This document shows positions 46,490-55,097 of a stretch of 64,000 nucleotides of DNA, one piece after another. The DNA lies in contig JAIOAT010000001.1 of NCBI GenBank assembly GCA_019873685.1, forward strand, positions 324,298-388,297, given 5' to 3'. Made by a program: the position numbers and the translations under genes. The stretch is from Chloroflexota bacterium. GTDB taxonomy: Bacteria; Chloroflexota; Anaerolineae; Aggregatilineales; Ch27. The notes below the pieces were generated by a model. That model was not told where the DNA came from. It made no database searches and saw only the letters and a program-made list of their open reading frames with translations. How positions within the stretch are numbered: the first letter of the stretch is position 1; each line of letters opens with the position of its first letter.

Positions 46490-47791
46490 ATGCAACGCGT
46501 TCTGGCTGCACAACTGGGTGAACATGTTGGTCAGCGGGTGCTTGTTCAGGGCTGGCTACATGCTGTGCGCAAGCTGGGTGAGGTGAACTTCCTGGTGGTG
46601 CGCGATCGTAGCGGAATCTGCCAGGCCGTCACCAGCCTTGATGACCTCAAACCGCTGGATGGCCTTCAGCACGAAAGCGTGATCGCTGTTGAAGGTGAGG
46701 TTGTTGCCGCGCCGAAAGCACCGGGAGGTTATGAGCTATACCATAACCGCGTGCAGGTCATCTCTCCTGTAACCACGCCGCTACCCTTTTCGCTCAACAA
46801 GAATCGCATCCGGGCTAATCAGCCCGCCTTTCTGGATCATGCGGTCATCGGCCAGCGTCACCTGAACCAGCGAGCTATTCTGCGTCTGGCCAGCGGGGTG
46901 ATGCAGGGCTTCCGCGCCACACTGGACGCCCTCGACTTCGTTGAGATTCAAACTCCCAAGCTGGTCGCGTCCGCTACGGAGAGCGGCGCCAATGTCTTTG
47001 CCGTAGACTACTTTGGCCAGACCGCTTACCTGGCCCAGAGTCCGCAGTTCTATAAGCAGATCATGGTTGGAGTCTTTGAACGCGTCTACGAAGTTGGCCC
47101 GGTCTTCCGTGCTGAACCACACGCCACAACCCGCCATCTCAACGAATATGTCAGCCTGGATGTGGAAATCGGCTTTATCGAGGATCATTACACGGTCATG
47201 GCGCTGCTGACCGACGTAATCAGAGGCATTCTCAACCATCTGGTCACACATTACTCGGCGCAACTGTGTCTCCTCAAAGCCAAGCTGCCTGACGTCAGTG
47301 AGCGCATCCCGGACATTCACATCGTTGATGCCCAGCGCTTGCTCACCGAACAGTTCGGCATGACCGATGCCCTTGGCGCTCCTGACCTGACACCGGAACA
47401 CGAGCGCCTGCTGGGCAACTGGGCAAAGGCGGAGTACGGCAGCGACTTTCTGTTTGTTACCGGTTATCCCCTGGCTAAGCGCCCATTCTATACCCACCCT
47501 GACCCGGAGCGTCCCGGCTACTCACGGGGGTTTGACCTGTTGTTTCGGGGTATGGAACTGGTGACAGGCGGGCAACGTTTGCACCGTTATGAAGACTATC
47601 TGGCTGCTGCCCGCGCGCATGGCCTGGATCCAGCCCCCTTTGCTTCCTACTTTGAAGCATTTGCCCATGGCATGCCACCACATGGCGGCTTTGCCATCGG
47701 TCTGGAGCGTTTCCTGATGCAACTGCTCGATCTGCAGAATGTCCGCCAGGCGGCGCTCTTCCCCCGCGATCTTAACCGCCTGGCGCCCTGA
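46490..47791 (+). CDS. aspS: Aspartyl-tRNA synthetase, short archaeal/type-2 form
   Basis: About 433 aa with no bacterial GAD insertion. OB-fold N-terminus (RVLVQGWLHAVRKLGEVNFLVVRDRSG), class II motif 2 FRAEPHATTRHLNEY, motif 3 GFAIGLERF. ATG at 46490 after AGGAGGG. Confidence 0.92.
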   Translation: MQRVLAAQLGEHVGQRVLVQGWLHAVRKLGEVNFLVVRDRSGICQAVTSLDDLKPLDGLQHESVIAVEGEVVAAPKAPGGYELYHNRVQVISPVTTPLPFSLNKNRIRANQPAFLDHAVIGQRHLNQRAILRLASGVMQGFRATLDALDFVEIQTPKLVASATESGANVFAVDYFGQTAYLAQSPQFYKQIMVGVFERVYEVGPVFRAEPHATTRHLNEYVSLDVEIGFIEDHYTVMALLTDVIRGILNHLVTHYSAQLCLLKAKLPDVSERIPDIHIVDAQRLLTEQFGMTDALGAPDLTPEHERLLGNWAKAEYGSDFLFVTGYPLAKRPFYTHPDPERPGYSRGFDLLFRGMELVTGGQRLHRYEDYLAAARAHGLDPAPFASYFEAFAHGMPPHGGFAIGLERFLMQLLDLQNVRQAALFPRDLNRLAP

Positions 47792-47927
47792 CACGCAGCG
47801 ATATGTAATTGCTGGTCTGCAACCGGCATGGTATTCTGCGGACGTGCACGGGGCACTTGTAAGCGGCACGCTGGTTTCGCGGATGAGCGGGTGCCGCGGA
47901 GACCTGCCCGGAGACGAAGGTCAGGAC

Positions 47928-50618
47928 ATGAAAGCGCATGCTCTTAGGACGGCGGTGGTGCTCCTACTGATAGCCACTGGCCTGCGGACCTGGAACCTGA
48001 CTTCGCAGAGCATCTGGTTTGATGAGGGCTACTCCTGGTACGCTGCCTCGCAGCCTACCCTGCTCCAGACGGTCACTGGTGACCTGACCAACCCGCCGCT
48101 GTACTATCTCCTGTTGCATGTCTGGATACGCCTGGTAGGTGATTCGGAGTTTGGGCTTCGGTCGCTATCGCTGCTGCAGGGTATCCTGCTGCTGGCTGTG
48201 ATGGGCATGGCTGCCCGCCGCTGGTTCGGGGTAAGTGCAGCGACGCTGACGATTGGGCTTGGAACGTTCACGCCGCTGCTCTGGTGGGCTTCCCAGGAAG
48301 CGCGGATGTACAACATGCTGGCGCTGGCCGTGCTGTGTGCCATGATTGGCCTCAGGGATGTCCTGACAGTTGAGCGCCCTTCGCGCCGATCCTGGTGGTT
48401 GTTGCTTGGTGGAGAAGTTGCAGCGCTATACACCCACAATACTGGCATTGTTGTTCTGGGCGCTGTCAATGTACTGGCCGGTATCTGGTGGCTGGGGGCG
48501 CTGTTGCGTCGCCGCCGGGGATGGGGATTGTTGCGGACCTGGTTGATCGGCCAGGGGATCATTCTGCTGGTCTGGGCGCCTGAACTGATCGGGCGCTTCA
48601 GAACGCTGGGTACTGCTAACGCCGCCACCCGCACCCCGCCAGACCTCACTCCGACCCTGATCTGGCAGGCCTGGCAGGGCCTGTGGGCCAGCTCGTGGGA
48701 AATGGTGCGGGCTAACCCTGCCACACTCAACCTTATCGCACTCGTGATGGTGCCGTTGCTGGTGGTTGGTCTGGCTGGTCTGCGCACCTCAAAGGGCCGC
48801 ATGGTATGGGGCGCCATTCTTGCCCTATGGGGGATACTCATCGCTGCTCTCTCAGTTCTGGGCGTCAACTACCACGCTCGGTATAGCGTGATGGTGACAC
48901 CCTTGTTTCTGATGGCAGTTGTTGCGGGCGTGACTGGCCTCAGTCGTTGGTCTCCTATTCGCAGTGTTCTCAGCGTGACTGTGATATTTCTGACGGGTGT
49001 TGCCTGGTTTGTTCTGCCGGGCCATCCTGATCCCGGCTACCAGCACGACCAGGCTCGTGAGATGGTCGCTTACTACCGGCAGACTCTCGGCCCGGATGAT
49101 CTCGTGCTGACATGGTCGTATGCTGCGCGGTATGAGCTGCTCTACTATCAGCAGCGGCAGGGATTGCAGGCACAGATCATCACACTGCCGGACGGGGCCG
49201 ATACGGACACTGTAGTCGATATACTCAACCGCTACCTGCCGCCCGGCCAACCTGTGCGCGTCGAAATCAACACCTGGTACACACAGGGCAGCGATCGCCG
49301 CGGCATGTTGCGCTGCTTGATCGGTCACAATCGCCCTGCCCCCGTGCAAACGATGGCTGTGCAGGGAATGGCTTCTACCGCTTATGAGGTCACGGGACCT
49401 CTAGCGACCCCTCCCCTGCAGGCGATCACGCCGGTGCGGTTCGACGCAGTTGCGCTGCTGGCAGCCGGCGTTACCGGGGAAGCCCAGCCAGCTAGTCATG
49501 GAATCTGTGTTCCTCTGGACGTGACGTTGACCGCGCCGGTTCAAGACGATTTGCAGGTGGCGGTCCGTCTTCTCAATACTCACGGTCAGGAAATCGCCGC
49601 CGCTGATGCACCGATTTTGTCCGCGCAGCAAGTTAGCACCCGTTACCTGCAACCGGGAGGGTCGGCGACGGCCTACCCCTTGCTCTATCTACCTCAGGGA
49701 ACTCCACCCGGCGCGTACCGGGTGACCGTCCGTCTCTATGGCGCTCATGCCCCCTCTGGACTCGATATCCGCGATCCGGCCAGCGGTGCACCTGCAGGCA
49801 AAGATGCCGAGATCGGTTTTGTCCACCTGACTGATGGGAACTGGCCACCCTTCCTACCTGGCTGCGCTCTGTCGATTGCACCGGGCGTTACGCTAACCAA
49901 CTGCGCCGACCTCTCATCGGCAGAGTCACTGTACCCGGGACAGGTTCTATCACTCACACTGGCCTGGCAAATTGATGGTGCGTCGCCGCCAATTGCCATT
50001 GCGCTCACAGGATCAGATTGGCAGATTGAGAATACAGCTACCCCGCTGGCAACCGGGGCAGTTCTCGACTGGCGAGAGATGATCATCCCGGCCCAGGCGA
50101 CTGGACAGGCAATGCTCAGTGCCCGCGTCGCCGGTCAGGAGCCAGTGATACTCGCGGAGTACATCATTGAAGTCAGCGAGCATATCATGTCTCCACCTGC
50201 TGTAGCATTTCGCTCCGGTGTGCATTTTCCCGGTCTTGGGACCCTGTATGGGTTCACTGTTGACGGGGAAGCGATCTTCAATGGTTCGCCGATGACTGTT
50301 ACACTGGTATGGCAGGCCGAAACATCTACGCAGACAGCCTACGTGGTGACGGCGCAGCTCCTGGACTCAGACGGCACACTGGTTGCCCAGCACGATTCTC
50401 CGCCGGCGCAAGGAGAACGCCCGACGACTGGCTGGGTTGCTGGAGAGTATGTTTCTGATACTCATTACCTGGTATTCCGGGACGATCGTCGGGACTATAC
50501 TGGCCCGGCCACGCTGATCGTCGCTGTCTATGATCCCGCTACCGGCGTTCGGATTCCAACTGATGACGGCTCTGCTGAAGCGGTACTGTTGAACAATCTG
50601 GTGGTCAGTTCGCGCTAG
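47928..50618 (+). CDS. Large GT-C fold (GT39/ArnT-like) glycosyltransferase with a multi-module C-terminal region
   Basis: Polytopic N-terminus with LRTWNLTSQSIWFDEGYSWY. About 450 aa of repeated beta-rich modules ending VAVYDPATGVRIP. Start uncertain (47883 or 47928; the ORF opens at 47739 inside aspS). Confidence 0.8.
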   Translation: MKAHALRTAVVLLLIATGLRTWNLTSQSIWFDEGYSWYAASQPTLLQTVTGDLTNPPLYYLLLHVWIRLVGDSEFGLRSLSLLQGILLLAVMGMAARRWFGVSAATLTIGLGTFTPLLWWASQEARMYNMLALAVLCAMIGLRDVLTVERPSRRSWWLLLGGEVAALYTHNTGIVVLGAVNVLAGIWWLGALLRRRRGWGLLRTWLIGQGIILLVWAPELIGRFRTLGTANAATRTPPDLTPTLIWQAWQGLWASSWEMVRANPATLNLIALVMVPLLVVGLAGLRTSKGRMVWGAILALWGILIAALSVLGVNYHARYSVMVTPLFLMAVVAGVTGLSRWSPIRSVLSVTVIFLTGVAWFVLPGHPDPGYQHDQAREMVAYYRQTLGPDDLVLTWSYAARYELLYYQQRQGLQAQIITLPDGADTDTVVDILNRYLPPGQPVRVEINTWYTQGSDRRGMLRCLIGHNRPAPVQTMAVQGMASTAYEVTGPLATPPLQAITPVRFDAVALLAAGVTGEAQPASHGICVPLDVTLTAPVQDDLQVAVRLLNTHGQEIAAADAPILSAQQVSTRYLQPGGSATAYPLLYLPQGTPPGAYRVTVRLYGAHAPSGLDIRDPASGAPAGKDAEIGFVHLTDGNWPPFLPGCALSIAPGVTLTNCADLSSAESLYPGQVLSLTLAWQIDGASPPIAIALTGSDWQIENTATPLATGAVLDWREMIIPAQATGQAMLSARVAGQEPVILAEYIIEVSEHIMSPPAVAFRSGVHFPGLGTLYGFTVDGEAIFNGSPMTVTLVWQAETSTQTAYVVTAQLLDSDGTLVAQHDSPPAQGERPTTGWVAGEYVSDTHYLVFRDDRRDYTGPATLIVAVYDPATGVRIPTDDGSAEAVLLNNLVVSSR

Positions 50619-51124
50619 GGAGTGGTAGCGCCACCCTGAGGAGTATCTTCATCAGGGGATGCAGGCTCCTCGCCAGAGGAATCCGTGGTATCGTCTAGCG
50701 CAACGGTGCGCTGCATCCGCCATGTGTCCGGGGCAGCCTGGCGTCCGGCTGCCAGCAAAATACGCACGCGATCAAGTAGAGTCTCTGACAAATAGGCCGT
50801 AGTGGCATAGCTGTCGGCGCCTGCATGCAAACCACGCCGGATCACCTCAGGATCGATGCTGTGAGACAGGGCCAGTACGGGGATGCCGACGAATCGTGTG
50901 TCAGTGCGCAAGCGTTCCAGGACACTGTAACCGTCCAGTTCAGGCGCTGCCAGCGCAACGATGATCAGGCCCGGCATCAGGCCACCATCCAGCAGGGCCA
51001 ACGCTGTCTCGCCATCCTTGACCAGGATCGACTGTACCCCGATCCCCTGTAACAAGCGTGAGATGAGTCTGCGGGTGTCGGCGTCGCTTTCCACAACCAG
51101 AACCTGCGCCGTGTTGCCGCTCAT
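50615..51124 (-). CDS. Single-domain response regulator with an acidic C-terminal tail
   Basis: VLVVESD, LIIVALAAPELDG, ALSHS receiver pattern. ATG at 51124 after AAGGAAGG. Confidence 0.8.
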   Translation of the reverse strand: MSGNTAQVLVVESDADTRRLISRLLQGIGVQSILVKDGETALALLDGGLMPGLIIVALAAPELDGYSVLERLRTDTRFVGIPVLALSHSIDPEVIRRGLHAGADSYATTAYLSETLLDRVRILLAAGRQAAPDTWRMQRTVALDDTTDSSGEEPASPDEDTPQGGATTP

Positions 51125-51394
51125 GACACCTTCCTTCGCGTGGCTGTCTTTGCCTGCCTTGCGCTCGCAGCCACTCCCCGAGGAATCCTGCAACAGCATG
51201 CCATCATTATAGTCCTAATGCGATCGGGCGCTGTTCCGGTGCAATGTAGCTGCACAGATTAGATGGCCCCCCTGACAGAGTATGTCTTTGTCGCCGCAGA
51301 ACGCCTATCGCAACCGGTGCCAAAGTATGCTACAGTATCGTTCTGGTACCTCCTGGACTGGATCGCTTGGAGCTGGGTGATAAGGAGTTTCTGC

Positions 51395-52351
51395 ATGAAT
51401 ATTGTGCAGAGGGTGGCAGAGCAAATTATCAACAATGTTAGCAATGTGATTATTGGCAAACGCAACGAGATCCGGCTGACTACACTCGGCCTGCTCTGCA
51501 ATGGTCACATTCTCATCGAAGATGTTCCCGGCGTGGGCAAGACGATGATGGCCCGCGCACTGGCAAAGTCGATTGGGTGCACCTTTAGCCGTATTCAGTT
51601 CACGCCGGATATGCTCCCCACCGATGTTACGGGCGTCTCGGTATATAACCAGAAGACAATGGAGTTTGAGTTTCGTCCCGGGCCGATCATGGCTCAGATC
51701 GTGCTCTCCGACGAAATCAACCGCGCTACGCCAAAAACCCAGGCCGCGCTCTTGGAGGCGATGGAAGAACACCAGATCACGGTTGATGGTCGGACCTACC
51801 GTCTAGGGCCTCCTTTCCTGGTGCTGGCGACCCAGAATCCCATCGAGTACGAAGGAACATTCCCCCTTCCTGAGGCGCAACTGGATCGTTTTCTCATGCG
51901 CATTGAGCTGGGCTATCCCTCTCCTCAGGAGGAGATCGCCATGCTGGATTCGCAGCAGTACGAACATCCGGTGAATCTCATCCAGCAGGTTGTCAGTGTG
52001 CAGGAGCTGCTGGCTGCCCAGCAGGCCATTCGCGATGTGTATCTTGCGCCGGAAATCAAGCAGTACATCATTGACCTGGTCACGGCGACCCGCCGCCATC
52101 CAGATGTCTATCTCGGCGCTAGCCCGCGCGGTGCTCTGGCCCTCTACCGTACCGCTCAGGCTCGCGCAGCCAGTGTCGGCCACGATTACGTCCAGCCTGA
52201 TGACATCAAGGCTCTAGCGGAAGCTACGCTTGCTCACCGGATCATTGTTGGTCCCACGGCGCGGATCCGGGATATCTCCGCCCAGGCGATTGTCCGGGAT
52301 ATCCTGGCCACAGTGCCGGTGCCGGGCGCGACCATCGGGGCACGGCGCTGA
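51395..52351 (+). CDS. MoxR-family AAA+ ATPase
   Basis: Walker [10 protein letters not shown], Walker [25 protein letters not shown]-terminal lid. ATG at 51395 after AAGGAG. Confidence 0.93.
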   Translation: MNIVQRVAEQIINNVSNVIIGKRNEIRLTTLGLLCNGHILIEDVPGVGKTMMARALAKSIGCTFSRIQFTPDMLPTDVTGVSVYNQKTMEFEFRPGPIMAQIVLSDEINRATPKTQAALLEAMEEHQITVDGRTYRLGPPFLVLATQNPIEYEGTFPLPEAQLDRFLMRIELGYPSPQEEIAMLDSQQYEHPVNLIQQVVSVQELLAAQQAIRDVYLAPEIKQYIIDLVTATRRHPDVYLGASPRGALALYRTAQARAASVGHDYVQPDDIKALAEATLAHRIIVGPTARIRDISAQAIVRDILATVPVPGATIGARR

Positions 52352-52365
52352 GATACCTGTGAGCC

Positions 52366-53619
52366 ATGAGTAACCGGCGTATCGCGATCTACATCCTGCT
52401 GATAGCTGTACTGCTAGCAGGTCTGCTGAGCAGCCGTCCGATCATGTTCACGATTGCGTATGTGCTCGGCGGGTTATTGCTGGCGTCGTTTGTGCTGTCG
52501 TGGACGGGCGTGTCGTGGGTGCGGATCAGGCGGCGTACAGTTGCGCGGCGTGCTCAGGTTGGCAATGAGTTCGGTGAACGTTTCGAGGTTATGAACACCG
52601 GTCTCCTGCCCAAACTGTGGCTGGAAGTCCTGGATCACTCGACGTTGCCAGGCTACCGTGCCAGCCAGGTGGTGCCAGCGTTGCTTCCCAAAACACGCTA
52701 CCGCTGGGAGACCAGGACGATCTGCACGGTGCGTGGGGAATATCAACTGGGGCCGGTGACGGTGGCCAGCGGTGATCCATTCGGATTGTTCCGCCTCACG
52801 CGCACTGTTGCTGCGACTTCAAAGATCATTGTCTACCCGGCTACGATTCCTATTGATGACTTTGCGTTGCCCAGCGGCCTTCTTTCTGGTGGAGATGCTC
52901 AGCGCCGGCGGACACACTTCGTGACCACCAATGCGGCCGGGGTACGCGATTACGCGCCCGGTGACAGTTTTAATCGGATTCACTGGCGCAGTACGGCACG
53001 CAAAAACCGCCTGTTAGTCAAGGAGTTTGAACTGGATCCGCTGGCGGACGTGTGGATCTTTCTCGATCTCTCAGCCAGTTCGCTAGTTGAGCTGCCTGGT
53101 GCTCGTACTTACAGTACGGGCTTTGACTATACAGTGACACCATTCTATCTTCCTCCCTCCACGGAAGAATACGGTGTGGTCATTGCCGCTTCGATTGCCC
53201 GGCACTTTCTTGAGAAAGGTCGCAATCTGGGGTTGGTCACGTATGGGCCGCATCGGGAAGTACTCAATGCAGATCGCAGTCAGCGCCAGCTCAGTCAGAT
53301 TCTCGAGCTGCTGGCGGTGGTTAAGAGTGGCAGCGACTTTGATCTGGAGCACGTGCTCAGCCTCAATACAGAGTATCTTGGGCGCGGGACGACAGTGATC
53401 TTGATTACCGCGGATCAGAGTGAGGGTTGGGTACGCGAGGCCCATACACTCTCCCGGCGCGGTATCCGTCTGGTGGCTGTTTTGCTCGACCCGGTTAGCT
53501 TTGGTGGTGTTGTGGATACGACTGCCACGCAGGCTCGCCTGGCAACGTTTCATGTACCTACGTATGTTGTTCATGCGGGGGATGATCTCTCCGCGGTCTT
53601 GAGTCAACCTCTTTACTAG
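52366..53619 (+). CDS. DUF58 (vWA-like) protein, MoxR partner
   Basis: Two N-terminal TM helices. Signature GVRDYAPGDSFNRIHWRSTARKNRLLVKEFE. Confidence 0.9.
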   Translation: MSNRRIAIYILLIAVLLAGLLSSRPIMFTIAYVLGGLLLASFVLSWTGVSWVRIRRRTVARRAQVGNEFGERFEVMNTGLLPKLWLEVLDHSTLPGYRASQVVPALLPKTRYRWETRTICTVRGEYQLGPVTVASGDPFGLFRLTRTVAATSKIIVYPATIPIDDFALPSGLLSGGDAQRRRTHFVTTNAAGVRDYAPGDSFNRIHWRSTARKNRLLVKEFELDPLADVWIFLDLSASSLVELPGARTYSTGFDYTVTPFYLPPSTEEYGVVIAASIARHFLEKGRNLGLVTYGPHREVLNADRSQRQLSQILELLAVVKSGSDFDLEHVLSLNTEYLGRGTTVILITADQSEGWVREAHTLSRRGIRLVAVLLDPVSFGGVVDTTATQARLATFHVPTYVVHAGDDLSAVLSQPLY

Positions 53620-53637
53620 CCGGGTCAACCGGGTCGG

Positions 53638-54354
53638 TTGGCCGGCTTAGTCTTGTTCGGAATCCTGATGAGTCTCCTGTCCTCTCGCTTCTCTGTTCGT
53701 TTGTTGTTTCTGACGGTGCTGCTCAGTGGAGCGGTGACGCTGGGTGTGGAGTTGTCGGCGTCCCGGTTACTGGGAAGTGCTTTTGGCACTGGTAATCTGG
53801 TGTGGGCGAGTGTGATTGGTCTGATTATGCTGTATCTGGCAGCGGGTTACTTTCTTGGAGGGCGTCTGGCGGATCGCTCTCCTGCTCCGCTGCGGCTATA
53901 TCGACTTGTGGCGTGGGCAGCATTGCTGAGTGCGCTGGTGCCGTATGTGGCGCGCGTAGTTGTACCGGTGGTTGGTAGGCTGTCGCTGCCGCTGGTGCTT
54001 GCAGTTCCTCTGGTGGTGATTGTGTTGTTTGCTGTTCCTGTGGCGTTATTGGGTTGTGTGCCCCCGTATGTGATCCGGCTTGTTCTGGTGAATGCTGGTC
54101 AGGCTGGGCGATATGCTGGTCAGGTGTATGCGTGGTCTACAGTAGGGAGTGTGCTGGGGGCTTTGGCTCCTGTGCTTTATATGTTGCCTGTTCTGGGTGT
54201 CACAGCAACGTTCGGTGTTCTAGGTGGACTGCTACTAGTTATGGCTGTTATGGGTGTGTGGGTGCATGGTGGTAGGCGAGCACTTGGGCGTGTTGTCTGG
54301 ATGCCCGGGCTGCTTATGCTGATTTGGTCTGTGTCGGTGTTGGGAGGGTTATGA
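53638..54354 (+). CDS. Polytopic membrane protein resembling the membrane module of fused MFS/spermidine-synthase-like proteins (no catalytic domain)
   Basis: LLSGAVTLGVELSASRLLGSAFGTGNLVWASVIGLIMLYLAAGYFLGGRLADR matches the N-terminal pattern of that family. The protein ends after about 7 TM. Alternative ATG at 53668. Confidence 0.6.
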   Translation: MAGLVLFGILMSLLSSRFSVRLLFLTVLLSGAVTLGVELSASRLLGSAFGTGNLVWASVIGLIMLYLAAGYFLGGRLADRSPAPLRLYRLVAWAALLSALVPYVARVVVPVVGRLSLPLVLAVPLVVIVLFAVPVALLGCVPPYVIRLVLVNAGQAGRYAGQVYAWSTVGSVLGALAPVLYMLPVLGVTATFGVLGGLLLVMAVMGVWVHGGRRALGRVVWMPGLLMLIWSVSVLGGL

Positions 54355-55097
54355 TGGCGTCTGTGGCGCGGCTTCTGGCGGTGGGGGTTGTTGTTGCGAT
54401 ACCGGTGGGGTTGCTTATTGCTGGCGTTCAGCTGGCATTGACTGAGGGATATGTTGCTCTGGAGTATAGTCGGTCAGATTTTCCGTCTGATAGCTTTGGG
54501 TTTGCGCCTAGCGAGCGGCTGTCCTATGCGGTGGAGACGGTCAGGTGTCTTCGTGGTGGTGGGAGTGTTGAGTGTCTGACTGGTATGAGTTTTCCAGATG
54601 GTGCGGCTCTCTATAATGTGCGTGAGTTGCGTCATTTGGGGGATGTGGTGTGGGTGTTGGGTGGCTTGTCTGTGGTGGGTGTTGGGTTGGTTGTTTTCTT
54701 GGTGGTGTGTTTTCTGGTGTTTTTGCTTAGTGATATGACTATACGAATTATGTTGATCAAAGCTATTCAATGGGGCGGTACGTTGACGCTCAGCATCCTT
54801 GCTGTACTGCTGGGTTTGGCTCTCCTCCGCTGGGATCAGTTCTTTGAGGCGTTTCACCGCCTCTTCTTCGCCGATGGCACGTGGCGCTTCGAGTATTCGG
54901 ACACGCTTATCCGTCTCTTCCCGGAGAAGTTCTGGTTTGACACGGCCTTGAATCTCGGCTTGTTCGCGGCGGCAGGCGCGATCGCGCTGATCACGGCCAG
55001 TTCGTGGGCGCTACGTAGAATCAAACGGCGGCATCCGGACAATCAGGATGCCGCCAGCCAACAGGCCATGCTTGAGCAGCCTGATCTTTCCCCTTAG
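54351..55097 (+). CDS. TIGR01906/DUF1461-family integral membrane protein
   Basis: FFEAFHRLFFADGTWRFEYSDTLIRLFPEKFWFDTAL is the family signature. ATGA start/stop overlap with the previous gene; SD GGGAGGG. Confidence 0.75.
   Translation: MMASVARLLAVGVVVAIPVGLLIAGVQLALTEGYVALEYSRSDFPSDSFGFAPSERLSYAVETVRCLRGGGSVECLTGMSFPDGAALYNVRELRHLGDVVWVLGGLSVVGVGLVVFLVVCFLVFLLSDMTIRIMLIKAIQWGGTLTLSILAVLLGLALLRWDQFFEAFHRLFFADGTWRFEYSDTLIRLFPEKFWFDTALNLGLFAAAGAIALITASSWALRRIKRRHPDNQDAASQQAMLEQPDLSP

Noticed and set aside
46249-46525. Small ORFs and the N-terminal extension of aspS (ORF start 46382) across the leader
   Set aside because: They overlap the T-box sequence and terminator. The ATG at 46490 with AGGAGGG gives a canonical AspRS N-terminus.
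54590-54700. Possible G-quadruplex-forming sequence inside the G+T-rich patch
   Set aside because: G-runs are mostly 2-3 nt and irregularly spaced. I cannot find four clean GGG tracts in a plausible window, so a G4 is not supported by eye.
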